64,000 bases of DNA from the NCBI GenBank assembly GCA_025062195.1, contig JANXAS010000012.1, positions 3,237 through 67,236 on the forward strand, in the 5' to 3' direction. Made by a program: the position numbers and the translations under genes. The notes below the pieces were generated by a model. That model had not been told where the DNA came from. It worked only from the letters and a program-made list of their open reading frames with translations, and did not search any database. Positions 35,460 to 45,529 of this stretch are shown in pieces (position 1 is the first letter of the stretch; every line of letters starts with the position of its first letter). Origin of the DNA: Armatimonadota bacterium. GTDB taxonomy: Bacteria > Armatimonadota > Fervidibacteria > Fervidibacterales > Thermosaccharophagaceae.

Positions 35460-35553
35460 TCCGACGCATTGCGCTATAATGCTTTGTGGTCAGCTCTTTA
35501 CCGTGCACTTAGGCACTTAGAATTGGAAAATGTCATTCTTGGGGGTGAAGTTG

Positions 35554-36432
35554 ATGGGCAATCAAGTCAAGACAGTGCTTTTACTTGGCGCTTTAACTGG
35601 GTTGCTCATTTTGATCGGTGATTTGCTTGGTGGTAAGCAAGGGATGCTCTTTGCGCTAATATTTGCAGCGCTGATGAACTTTGGTGCGTGGTGGTTCTCT
35701 GACAAAATTGTGCTTGCAATGTATCGTGCAAGGGAGGCTAATCCGAGCGAATACCCTCGCCTATACAGCATCGTGCGAAGGTTGACTACAAGAGCTAACT
35801 TGCCGATGCCGCGCATTTACATTATTCCGGCGGTGCAACCAAATGCATTTGCCACTGGACGAAATCCACAGCATGCAGCCGTCGCTGTAACTGAGGGGTT
35901 GCTAAGACTGCTCAACGACGATGAGCTTGAGGGTGTGCTCGCACATGAACTTACGCATGTGCGCAACAGAGATACATTGGTCTCGGCAATCGCAGCAACT
36001 ATTGCTGGTGCAATTATGGTTTTGGCGAGGATGGCACAATGGGCTTTGTGGTTTGGGGCGTTCGGCGAAAACAGGGAGAGAGGAGGTAATATCCTGCAGT
36101 TGATCGCGCTCATACTGCTGATTATCCTTGCACCTCTTGCAGCACTGATCATTCAACTCGCCATATCTCGCTCCCGTGAATACATGGCTGATGAAGGTGC
36201 GGCGCACATGAGTATGAAACCGCTCGCACTCGCAAGCGCTTTAGCGAAACTTGAAACTGTAGCCCGCCAGCTCCCAATGAGTGATGCCGATCCGAGCACA
36301 GCACACATGTTTATCGTTCACCCAGCATACGGCGATGTCATTTGGAAGCTGTTTAGCACTCACCCTCCCATCCCGGAGCGAATAGCAAGGCTTAAGGAAA
36401 TAGCGGCACGCATGGGGCAATTGGCACAGTGA
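35554..36432 (+). CDS. htpX: Zinc metalloprotease HtpX (M48 family)
   Basis: The HExxH motif is HELTHVRNRD. There are four transmembrane segments and the PxxxRI motif at the C-terminus (HPPIPERIARL). I placed the start at MGNQVK, after a GGGGGTGA site. Confidence 0.9.
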   Translation: MGNQVKTVLLLGALTGLLILIGDLLGGKQGMLFALIFAALMNFGAWWFSDKIVLAMYRAREANPSEYPRLYSIVRRLTTRANLPMPRIYIIPAVQPNAFATGRNPQHAAVAVTEGLLRLLNDDELEGVLAHELTHVRNRDTLVSAIAATIAGAIMVLARMAQWALWFGAFGENRERGGNILQLIALILLIILAPLAALIIQLAISRSREYMADEGAAHMSMKPLALASALAKLETVARQLPMSDADPSTAHMFIVHPAYGDVIWKLFSTHPPIPERIARLKEIAARMGQLAQ

Positions 36433-36718
36433 GAAAGCCGCAAGGGACATCTGCAGCATACCCCCAAATGGCGGGCACGACAGCAATGCCCGAGTAAGGA
36501 AAGAGCTGTAACAGCTCGCACGAATCACAGTGCATTGCCGTGCCCGCCTAAAATACACCGCCACTTGAAATGCATCAATGCCACCAAGAAGGCACTCTGT
36601 GCGTCCAAATCTATGAATTGAGACACAAGCACGGACAATGCAATAAAGCACACTTCACAGCTGCTGCTTGAGATGGTATACTCAAATGTGAAACGACGGC
36701 TTGGGAGGTAGCTGCAAG

Positions 36719-39547
36719 ATGAAGGAGCGAGACCCATTTGTCACATGCATTGCATGTTTATGGTTTGTTGTGTGCTTAGCTGTATCTGTCCACAACAGCA
36801 TGGCTAATGCACAGCTTAAGTTTGAGGTGGTTGAGCAAGAGAGCGATGCATCATTTTGCTTTGCTATGACACTTCGCCAGACAGATGCAGGCTGCTCACA
36901 CACAACACTGTGCATATTTAGCATAACGGGAAACCAACAGGAGTTTTACATGCTGCACATTGGGCGCAACGACACGCAACTTGCATGGTATGGGCGTGGG
37001 CAAAAGAGAGCAATCGCAAATGGCAAAGGTTTGCAGAGGGGCAACAGCTGGCGGCTCTTGCTAATACGAGATGTTGATGGCATAAGACTCCTCTCAAATG
37101 ATGAGCTGTTGCTAAAGGCGGATGTGAAGCTTCCATCCGGCGGTGCTTTCAAGTATGCCCTTGGGTGTGCCCATTTATCTGCTGAAGAGAGCCGCTACCA
37201 ACCCACAGAGCAGGTTTTCTTCACGGATGATTTTACTCAAGGCGACGATAACCTCACATCTTGGGATAGGTCTGGGCAGTGGGCGTTACAAAGCGTTGAC
37301 AGCCCACAGCCAAACCCAAACTTGAGCGCTAACCCGTTTGCGCTTCGCGCAACTGTCACACCACAACAGCCAAAGGCAACCGCCCTAACAGGCTACTGGT
37401 TCTGGCACAGCTACGCAGCGCAGGCTTCGGTCAAAGTTCAAGGCCGTGCAACCGCTGGATTGATAGCATATGCCAGAAGTCTGGAAGATTGCTGGATGCT
37501 CACGCTACAACCTCAAAGCAGTTGGCGATATTTCCCAAAGGGCACCGTCAGACTTGTGCGAGTCACAAACGGTGATGAGAGGGTGATTGCTGAGCAGACA
37601 TTGCCGCTTGAGGATGATCAATGGTATGAGTTGCGCATGAGCGCTGATAACGGTGTTGTAAGGGGTTGGGTTGATGGAATTGAGGTCGTGCGCGCAAGCG
37701 CTAACAGCTTCCCTATGGGGCAAGTCGGCTTATATGCAATGGGTGATGGTAGGGTTTACTTTGACGATATCATCGTAGCACCATTGCAGCAGCTTATAGC
37801 CGCTACTATGCAAACAAAGATAACCGAACAGTATACCCTTGAAAATACGATGACTGAGTGGGCAACCTTATTTGGTTCATTTGTGCGTGACCCACAGGAT
37901 GCAAGGCTGTGGTGGCACTCCGGCATATTCTTTGGCGACTTTGAACTAACACTATGGTTGAATGAGGGTGGGCGCAACAAGGGCAGTTTCACATTCTATC
38001 TTTGCCCATCCCAAGCTACCGGCATGCGCCCTGTAGCACTGCACTTTGTTAGGCGCAGCGAATCACCGCGCCAGATAGCAAACTTGCACATTGGGTTGCC
38101 AACGCCGTTCTCAATCGGTGTGAATGCACCGATAAGGGTTGGTGGTATAAACGACATTCTTGTATCGGTAACTTGCGGCTCATCTGCGCTTACAAGTCCT
38201 ATAAGGTTGAGCATAAATGGCATTAGGGAGGAGCCAGTGCGCATCAAGCGCATGTCAAACAGGCTCGTTTTGATGCACGGCAATAGAGTTATCGGCATCG
38301 CTGAACACGCATCCATAAAGTTGGCTCAGTTTATTAGCTACAGAACTGATGGATATGAGCCGGATTGGTCAAGGTGCGACCTTGTGTGCTCCAATCTCAT
38401 TGACGACACATTCTCAGTGGCTCCAACGCGCTGGCGTTCCACAAGGGGTGTCTGGCAAGTGACGGCAAGGTGGCCATGTGCACCAGGTTGGGCATGGTTT
38501 GGTGGAACGCAACATCGCTTCCCAACCTTATGGAGCAAGGCAAGCTTTGAGGGTAACATGGTCATTGAAATATTTGCGGCAATTAAGATGCGTGAGCGTG
38601 GCAACCCATATCCAAACCCTCGTGATATTAATGTCTCATTCTGCGCTGATGGTTGGAATGTGGGCAGCGGCTATTCATTCCTGCTCGCCGGGTGGGGTAA
38701 CTCCGGCTCAGGGCTTCTACGAAAGGGTGAAAGAGTAGCATACAACCCCGATTTTGTGTTCAGGAAAGTTTCAACACTTAACTTTGCCGGCTTCCATAGG
38801 CATTGGTTTCACATACGAATTTTGAAACTCGGCAGCAATATAACATGCTATGTTGATGGTCAACCTGCGGTGCAGTGGAATGACCCACAACCGATCAACT
38901 CCGGCAGGGTTGCAATATGGACTGTTGACAATGGCGTGCTCATAGCAAGGGCTCGAATTTGGTATGAAAAGGTGAAAGGGCTTGAGACAGCACCAACGCC
39001 ATTATCCAACTTGCCTGAAGAGACACCAAGTGAGGTTACATCAGTTGATGGATGGAGAAGCATTTGGAACGATGAAAGCCAACCTGTGCTTCGCCGCGCA
39101 CCGAACGGGAAAATTGAGGTTGTAAATTGCATGCCCGGCGGGAGGATGTTCGTTAGGGCACCAGTAAATGATATCAGCGTGGCGCAGTCACCATTTCTGA
39201 GATTGAAATTGCGCTTGAGCGAAGGGACTCTTGTCAATCTTTACCTTCGCTTGAATGGGCGCACTGTAATGATACCGTTGAGCATACCTCTTCCGCACCC
39301 TGAGAGGGTTCTCGTTGCTGGACAAAATACAGCGGGTGTGCAAGTCACCAAGGATGCAAACGGCACTGTTAATGTGCAAGTTGACATGCGCTCGCTTTGC
39401 GAGGCTATTGGGATAGCGAGTCAGAATGCGGTCCTTAATGAGGTTCTCATAGGTAACCTCACTACGGATGAATATCTCCTTGCTGGTCTTCTCGGCAACC
39501 CACTCGGTTGCTCCTACACGATTGAAGAGTTTTCTGTGACGAGGTAA
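36719..39547 (+). CDS. Large secreted protein with several concanavalin/LamG-like (DUF1080-like) beta-sandwich domains
   Basis: There is a signal peptide (CLWFVVCLAVSVHNSMANA). Domain endings of the type GQVGLYAMGDGRVYFDDIIVAP and GRVAIWTVDNGVLIARARIWYE recur, and these are typical of LamG/DUF1080 modules. A GGGAGGT Shine-Dalgarno site precedes the ATG at 36719. Confidence 0.6.
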   Translation: MKERDPFVTCIACLWFVVCLAVSVHNSMANAQLKFEVVEQESDASFCFAMTLRQTDAGCSHTTLCIFSITGNQQEFYMLHIGRNDTQLAWYGRGQKRAIANGKGLQRGNSWRLLLIRDVDGIRLLSNDELLLKADVKLPSGGAFKYALGCAHLSAEESRYQPTEQVFFTDDFTQGDDNLTSWDRSGQWALQSVDSPQPNPNLSANPFALRATVTPQQPKATALTGYWFWHSYAAQASVKVQGRATAGLIAYARSLEDCWMLTLQPQSSWRYFPKGTVRLVRVTNGDERVIAEQTLPLEDDQWYELRMSADNGVVRGWVDGIEVVRASANSFPMGQVGLYAMGDGRVYFDDIIVAPLQQLIAATMQTKITEQYTLENTMTEWATLFGSFVRDPQDARLWWHSGIFFGDFELTLWLNEGGRNKGSFTFYLCPSQATGMRPVALHFVRRSESPRQIANLHIGLPTPFSIGVNAPIRVGGINDILVSVTCGSSALTSPIRLSINGIREEPVRIKRMSNRLVLMHGNRVIGIAEHASIKLAQFISYRTDGYEPDWSRCDLVCSNLIDDTFSVAPTRWRSTRGVWQVTARWPCAPGWAWFGGTQHRFPTLWSKASFEGNMVIEIFAAIKMRERGNPYPNPRDINVSFCADGWNVGSGYSFLLAGWGNSGSGLLRKGERVAYNPDFVFRKVSTLNFAGFHRHWFHIRILKLGSNITCYVDGQPAVQWNDPQPINSGRVAIWTVDNGVLIARARIWYEKVKGLETAPTPLSNLPEETPSEVTSVDGWRSIWNDESQPVLRRAPNGKIEVVNCMPGGRMFVRAPVNDISVAQSPFLRLKLRLSEGTLVNLYLRLNGRTVMIPLSIPLPHPERVLVAGQNTAGVQVTKDANGTVNVQVDMRSLCEAIGIASQNAVLNEVLIGNLTTDEYLLAGLLGNPLGCSYTIEEFSVTR

Positions 39548-39667
39548 TACACCACTGTGACGCAGAATTTGGTCAGCCTATACCGTTTCCAAAAGCGGTT
39601 TTCATCTGCCCCTACTTTCAGCTGCGTAAATCCTACTAAGTGATAGCATGCCTGAGCAGTTTATGCA

Positions 39668-40501
39668 TCAACCTCGGGTTCCGCCTTGTTTAATTTCCCT
39701 TTGGCGCTCAAATACAATGCGTAGTCCAAGCAGTGTTAGGTCTTCCTCAACATCATCAATCACATCAATCAATGGCGCCATCATGCTCGCAAGCCCGCCA
39801 GTAGCTATAACTTTAGCCTCGCCGAGTTCCCGCTTAAACCTCGCCACTAACTCCTTAACAAGCCCCACATAACCGAATATGATTCCGGACTGCATGCTCG
39901 TCACAGTAGAGCGCCCTATAGCTCTTTCTGGCACCTCAAGCTGAATCCTGGGCAGCTTCGCTGTCCGCTCAAATAGCGCCTCCGCTGAGATGATGACTCC
40001 GGGGGCAATCGCCCCACCAAGGTATGCACCATCTGCTGTTATCGCATCAAATGTCGTAGCGGTCCCGAAGTCAACGACGATACAAGGTCCTCCATAAAGT
40101 TCATGCGCAGCGATGGCGTTGACGAGTCTATCTGCACCGACTGCTTTTGGGTCATCGTAAAGTATGCGCACGCCCAAATCAATATCGGCACCAACAATAA
40201 GCGCCGATGTGCTAAAGAAACGCTTGCTCATCTCATCAAGAGATGGAGTTAGTGGCGGCACTACACTGCAAATGCAAACGGCGTTCACATCGCCAGGATT
40301 TATCCCATACCAGTTAAGCATGGTTGAAACGAAAGAGAAATGTTCCTCGGGAGTTCTTGAGGCGATGGTGTGTATTCGCCATGTGCAGATCAAACTGCCC
40401 TTCAACCCTTCCTTTGAAGTGTGTTGATGCTGTTCGCCCAAATTGAACAACCCGAAGACGATGTTTGTGTTCCCAACATCAATTGCAAGCAAATACGGCA
40501 T
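39668..40501 (-). CDS. coaX: Type III pantothenate kinase
   Basis: LAIDVGNTNIVFGLF, VGADRLVNAIAA and VVDFGTATTFD are the ASKHA phosphate and adenosine motifs of CoaX. I placed the start at MPYLLAID, 10 nt after AGGGGG. Confidence 0.9.
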   Translation of the reverse strand: MPYLLAIDVGNTNIVFGLFNLGEQHQHTSKEGLKGSLICTWRIHTIASRTPEEHFSFVSTMLNWYGINPGDVNAVCICSVVPPLTPSLDEMSKRFFSTSALIVGADIDLGVRILYDDPKAVGADRLVNAIAAHELYGGPCIVVDFGTATTFDAITADGAYLGGAIAPGVIISAEALFERTAKLPRIQLEVPERAIGRSTVTSMQSGIIFGYVGLVKELVARFKRELGEAKVIATGGLASMMAPLIDVIDDVEEDLTLLGLRIVFERQREIKQGGTRG

Positions 40502-41094
40502 CGTAAGCATGCCCCCTTGCCAGCTAAGTTTCGTTATCGGAAGACAAACATCTTGGTGAGCCAAAAGATTTGGCAGAAGACCCGCCCTCCCGTGTCGCCA
40601 AATGAATCCAGCGTTCATTTGCCTTGTCAGCGAGCGTTGGTTAAAGCCGGTGGCGTAAGAGCTAAGCACCTAAAACCTTGTGAAATTACACAGCAGCACT
40701 GTTTTACGGGCGAGGACTGTAGCTCGCCAGAGAATCAATAGAAAAAAGAATGGCGCAAACGGCGTGAATCGTAAGTTCACAAACAGGAGTGGCTTCAGCC
40801 CCGAACAAAATTCCTATAGCTTTTAAATTTCTTTGCCGAAGCTATCCCCGCTCAATTTGTCACTCACGATAGCAGATAGCATCCGAAAGCGAAGCATGTT
40901 AGCAGCTTAGCAACTGCCCCTATATTCAACTGTGCAACTCCTTATTGTTTTTGCGGACAGCCGTCCGCGCCTAAAAACTGCACAACTGCCCAACTGCTAA
41001 TGGTATAAGCTGCTCTGTCAAATCGGCTTATATGAGCTGATCGCCTGAAACGATACAGGTAACTCATCAGCGTTCTCTGCAGTCAGCTTTGTCC

Positions 41095-42486
41095 TCAGAA
41101 AACTAAGCCGCTGGAACACGGTGGCGAACTCCCAGCATCCCAATAGCTCTCATTTGGTAGTGTTGCTGCCCTCCTAACTGCTGCCTTAGGGAGTGCCATC
41201 AACAATTCAATTGCAGCCTCTCGCATCAATATACCTGCATCCGGCATAAGTTTGCTGCTCCTTGCCAGCCGAGTTTCATACCCACCGGCACGAAATGCCC
41301 CCTCAGTTGGGACATAGCCAACCATACCGTTGGCACATGAGACAACGAATGTGCTTGCGTATGGAGAAGCACTCCTAACATCAAGTCCAAACTGGCAGAA
41401 GTATTCACATGGGAACGAGACAATAGCCAAATCGCCTATGAGCATAGCCATGACTTCAGCATTTACCATCGGCTCAAGCTTGTTTGCTTCATTGAGGAGA
41501 ATAAGCTCACGGGCGTAAATTCGTTCGGTGTCCCAAGATTCACCCTCCTCCAACAACCGCATTGCCTCCTCAAGCATCTGCTGTGGCACTTTCCTTGTTG
41601 GCAAACTCAGGATCTTTGACACCGCGGCAAGCGGCAGCACTTCATCTGAATATGCATCAAAGTCCATCGCAAAGATAACCTTTAATGCCTCAGCGCCAAT
41701 CCTGCCACCTACCCTTCTCGCCCACTTCTCACCAACCTCTGGCTCACGAGGTATCAGTTGCGCAACTTGCGTCACATCGCCGCATGCTCCATTCAGATAA
41801 ACCACATGCGTTTGCTCACCCATAACCGCCTTAATTGTCTCACGGACATAGTGGATGTAGTCGGCTGAGAATTCGTCCCCCCACATTACAGTTGCATGGC
41901 ATGCATAGTTGACTATGCATCCGAGAAGCGTTCCATCGGTAGCCATTGCGGCAAGGACACCAACTCGCGGGTCTATTGGACCGGCTATGGCAATGGCATC
42001 TTTTGCCAACTTGCCAGGATGGGTCCTTTGAGTGCCATCCTTCATTACGCACCTGCGATTGAACGCAACTGTGTCTTCGTATCCGAAACCAGTTGCAATA
42101 AGCGCCCGACATTTATTCCTATCGGCTTTGGAGATAGCTTGCGCAATAGCTTTAGCAACATTATCGCAGTAGCCCTTATCAGCTTCGCACAGGAACGCAT
42201 CAGCTATCGGACCGCCATTATGCGTATGGGTGGCTGCGATCAAAATGTGCGCCTGAGGTATCCCGGTGCTCTCTTCCGCCATGCGCCTTGCATAAGCAAC
42301 GATTGATGACTTGATTGAGAGCGCATCCAAAGACACGATGGCAAGCTTGACGTTGCCATTGCTGAAGACGGCAGCGTTTACAAGCAATGGGTCGTGAATG
42401 CCAGTTGCAAACCTCGGGTGGAAACCACCGGGTATCACAGAACCAACTTCCGGTGTTATGTCAATGCATGCAAATCCGACCTCCAT
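41095..42486 (-). CDS. Neutral/alkaline ceramidase-like hydrolase (cytoplasmic paralog)
   Basis: GFACIDITPEVG, AIVSLDALSI and IAATHTHNGGP are present, with the same motif order as in 20695-22272. I placed the start at MEVGF, after GGGAG. Confidence 0.6.
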   Translation of the reverse strand: MEVGFACIDITPEVGSVIPGGFHPRFATGIHDPLLVNAAVFSNGNVKLAIVSLDALSIKSSIVAYARRMAEESTGIPQAHILIAATHTHNGGPIADAFLCEADKGYCDNVAKAIAQAISKADRNKCRALIATGFGYEDTVAFNRRCVMKDGTQRTHPGKLAKDAIAIAGPIDPRVGVLAAMATDGTLLGCIVNYACHATVMWGDEFSADYIHYVRETIKAVMGEQTHVVYLNGACGDVTQVAQLIPREPEVGEKWARRVGGRIGAEALKVIFAMDFDAYSDEVLPLAAVSKILSLPTRKVPQQMLEEAMRLLEEGESWDTERIYARELILLNEANKLEPMVNAEVMAMLIGDLAIVSFPCEYFCQFGLDVRSASPYASTFVVSCANGMVGYVPTEGAFRAGGYETRLARSSKLMPDAGILMREAAIELLMALPKAAVRRAATLPNESYWDAGSSPPCSSGLVF

Positions 42487-42551
42487 TTCCGCCACTCCCG
42501 CACCATCATTAGTGGGACAAATGAAAATGCGCTTTAACTGTCAGCACACTC

Positions 42552-43376
42552 TCAAACCGATGATGCGAGCAACCCAAGCATGCATTCAACTGCGAGCTTT
42601 GCCGCAGTTACAGCGCTTGCACCCGTATCGTGTTGTGGGCAAAGCTCAACTAAGTCAACCGAAACCACTTTGCAACCTATAGTGTGCAGCCTTTGTATTG
42701 CCCGCACAAATTCGCAAAACTGCAGCCCACCAGGCTCAGGGTTGCCAACTGCTGGGATGACACTTGGGTCAATCACATCCAAGTCCACGCTGACATGAGT
42801 GGGCACATCACTGGCTATTAGCCAGGCAAGCTCATTTAAGTCCCGGTAGAGCTCCATCGGCTCATAACCGAAAAATGAACGAACACCGAAGACGAAAAGG
42901 TTCTCCATGCCAACGAGTTCGCTCAGCCTGCGAACTGTGCATGCATGAGAAAACTTTGAGCCATTGTATTCATCTCGCCAATCGGAGTGGGCATCAAAGA
43001 CGATAACCTGAAGCCTTCGGTGAGCTTTTAGTAAACCATCAACTACGCCGATCGTGATTGAGTGGTCGCCACCGATGCAAACTGTTTTCTTTCCGTCCTT
43101 GTGAAGTTTGAAGACGAGCGTGGAGATCGCATTAATTGCTTCCTCTGCGGAATGCGGCAACAGCATGTTGCCCAAGTCCACCAAATCAATGTGGCGCAGG
43201 TCAACTTGGAAGACATGGCTATAGCTTTCTATGCTGTCTGAGGCAACCCGTATGGCATCTGGCGCATGGCGCATGCCGCTTCGGAAACTTGATGAGCCAT
43301 CCCAAGGTATGCCCACTATTGCGATTTTTCCATCAAGCCCGACCTTGGCTTCCAAGAATGGCTGCCAAAGTGGCAT
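42552..43376 (-). CDS. speB: Agmatinase / arginase-family ureohydrolase
   Basis: The Mn-binding motifs are GGDHSIT, FDAHSDW and SVDLDVIDPS. An AGGGGTGG Shine-Dalgarno site is present. Confidence 0.85.
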   Translation of the reverse strand: MPLWQPFLEAKVGLDGKIAIVGIPWDGSSSFRSGMRHAPDAIRVASDSIESYSHVFQVDLRHIDLVDLGNMLLPHSAEEAINAISTLVFKLHKDGKKTVCIGGDHSITIGVVDGLLKAHRRLQVIVFDAHSDWRDEYNGSKFSHACTVRRLSELVGMENLFVFGVRSFFGYEPMELYRDLNELAWLIASDVPTHVSVDLDVIDPSVIPAVGNPEPGGLQFCEFVRAIQRLHTIGCKVVSVDLVELCPQHDTGASAVTAAKLAVECMLGLLASSV

Positions 43377-43579
43377 GGCAAACCACCCCTATGTGGCTGC
43401 ATTTTACACTCACGAATTCAAACGCTAAACTATAACCAATGGCGTTCACTTAAGAAGGCTTTTATCAAGCCCCATTGACTCGCAAGCTCAACTCACACTT
43501 TATGCACAACTGCATTATGCCAGCATGAGGTGTCATCATGGGTATCACAGATTGAACGGATGTTGCGAGGGGATGAGAA

Positions 43580-44521
43580 GTGATAGAGGTGCGCAACCTT
43601 ACGAAGTATTATGGCACTCTTAAAGCCCTTGACGATGTCTCATTCACTGTGAAGAGGGGAGAGGTCATTGGCTTCCTCGGACCGAACGGCGCCGGCAAGA
43701 CAACGGCAATGCGAATCATATGTGGCTATTTGAGTCCGACTGAAGGAACGGCAAAGGTCGCTGGATATGATGTCATTGAGAATCCGACGGAGGCTCGCAA
43801 GTTCATAGGCTATATGCCTGAGACAGTCCCACTATACAACGAGATGACGGTCAGAAGCTATCTTCATTACATGGCCGCGCTGAGGCAAGTCCCGAAAGGG
43901 CAGCGCAAGGAGAGAGTTGACTATGTCGTTGAGAGGTGCGGTTTGAAGGAAGTCGTTGACAACATTATTGGCACACTATCAAAGGGTTATAGGCAGCGTG
44001 TCGGCATTGCTCAGGCGCTCGTGCACGACCCACCGGTGCTTGTCCTTGATGAACCAACTATCGGGCTTGACCCAATACAGGTTGTTGAAGTCCGTCAACT
44101 CATAAAGGAATTGGGCAATGAACACACGGTCATCCTTTCAACCCACATCCTGCCTGAAGTGAGCATGACTTGTAAGAGGGTGCTCATAATACACCGAGGT
44201 CGCATCGTAGCTGAGGACACACCTGATGGGCTTGAGAGAAGGCTGAGGAGAAGCGAACGCATACTTGTGCGGTTGTTGCGCACACCTGAGGAGGCGGTTA
44301 GTTCGCTTGAGCGGTTGCCAAACATAATTAGGGTTGAAAGGGTGCGCGGTGAAGCGAATCTGTTGGCGATTGAAACTCGCCCAGGAGTTGATATGCGCCC
44401 ACAGATAGCCGAACATGTCGTCGGGAAGGGCTGGGGGTTGCTTGAATTGCGCCGTGACGAGATGACGCTTGAGGAAATCTTTCTAAACATTATCACCCGC
44501 GAAGAGGTAATAAGAGCGTGA
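43580..44521 (+). CDS. ABC transporter ATP-binding protein (GldA-like, ABC-2 subfamily)
   Basis: Walker A is GPNGAGKTT, the signature is LSKGYRQRVGIAQAL and Walker B is VLVLDEPT. The start codon is GTG, after GAGGGGA. Confidence 0.9.
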   Translation: MIEVRNLTKYYGTLKALDDVSFTVKRGEVIGFLGPNGAGKTTAMRIICGYLSPTEGTAKVAGYDVIENPTEARKFIGYMPETVPLYNEMTVRSYLHYMAALRQVPKGQRKERVDYVVERCGLKEVVDNIIGTLSKGYRQRVGIAQALVHDPPVLVLDEPTIGLDPIQVVEVRQLIKELGNEHTVILSTHILPEVSMTCKRVLIIHRGRIVAEDTPDGLERRLRRSERILVRLLRTPEEAVSSLERLPNIIRVERVRGEANLLAIETRPGVDMRPQIAEHVVGKGWGLLELRRDEMTLEEIFLNIITREEVIRA

Positions 44522-45333
44522 GAGAGGTGTTTAGCGTGAGCACCTCAATAGTTGAGCCGACAGCTCGCTCAAGAATGGGTTTGCGTCATAGACTGAAAGC
44601 TTTGATTCGCCATATAGGCTCATGGTTCTATATCATCTGGCTCATAGCGTGGCGTGAAGTTAAGGCTTTCTTCACATCTTGGATAGCATATGCGATGCTC
44701 ATTTTCTTCCTCGTGCTTTGCGGCTATATATTCTTCGCCATATTCATGGTTGGGAGAACCTCTGACATGCGCTACTTCTTTTGGGATGTCGCCATAATTC
44801 TAATGTTCATAGTGCCCACAATGACCATGAGGCTGTTTGCCGAGGAGAGAAGGCTTGGGACTTTGGAATTGCTCCTCACATCACCGGTAAGCGATTGGCA
44901 GGTTGTGCTTGGCAAGTTCATGGGCTCATTTATTGTCCTTTGTATAACGCTTTCCTTAACCCTTTATGTGCCTGTCATAGTCAAACGCATTGCCAATCCC
45001 GACTTAGGTCCATATTGGAGTGCATACATTGGATTGCTATTTTACGGAGCTGCGATGCTCGCAATAGGTGCATTTTGGTCGGCTACGACTGACAACCAAA
45101 TAATAGCCGCCATAGCTACATTCGGAACATTGCTCATGCTTTACATAATTAGTTGGCCAGCTGAGGGGGTGGGCGGTTGGAGCGAACTCTTTCAACGCAT
45201 ATCATTGTATCACCGCTACAAGGATTTTGCCGATGGCTTAGTTGATACTAAACATATCGTCTTTTATGTTATGCTCACCCTTCTTGCGCTCTATTTCGCT
45301 GTGAGAACAATTGAAAGCAGGCTTTGGAGATGA
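44518..45333 (+). CDS. ABC-2 family transporter permease (GldF-like)
   Basis: It is a polytopic membrane protein immediately downstream of the ATPase, overlapping it by 4 nt. The start may be the GTG at 44536, after GAGAGGTG. Confidence 0.75.
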   Translation: MREVFSVSTSIVEPTARSRMGLRHRLKALIRHIGSWFYIIWLIAWREVKAFFTSWIAYAMLIFFLVLCGYIFFAIFMVGRTSDMRYFFWDVAIILMFIVPTMTMRLFAEERRLGTLELLLTSPVSDWQVVLGKFMGSFIVLCITLSLTLYVPVIVKRIANPDLGPYWSAYIGLLFYGAAMLAIGAFWSATTDNQIIAAIATFGTLLMLYIISWPAEGVGGWSELFQRISLYHRYKDFADGLVDTKHIVFYVMLTLLALYFAVRTIESRLWR

Positions 45334-45529
45334 TGAGGATGATGAGTTAGTCAGGTTATTGTTGTTAACTGGCTTAGAAGCGTTAGCGGAGTGGAGTTGA
45401 ATGGCATGAGGCAACGGATTCTTTCGCTTATGTTCTGAGTTGTTTTTGGGCGGCACTTCGCTGGCGCTTCGCGCCTTTCTAAGAGTCAAAAGCTCTTAAG
45501 CAAAGAGGGAGGGCTTTTATCTAAGGGGG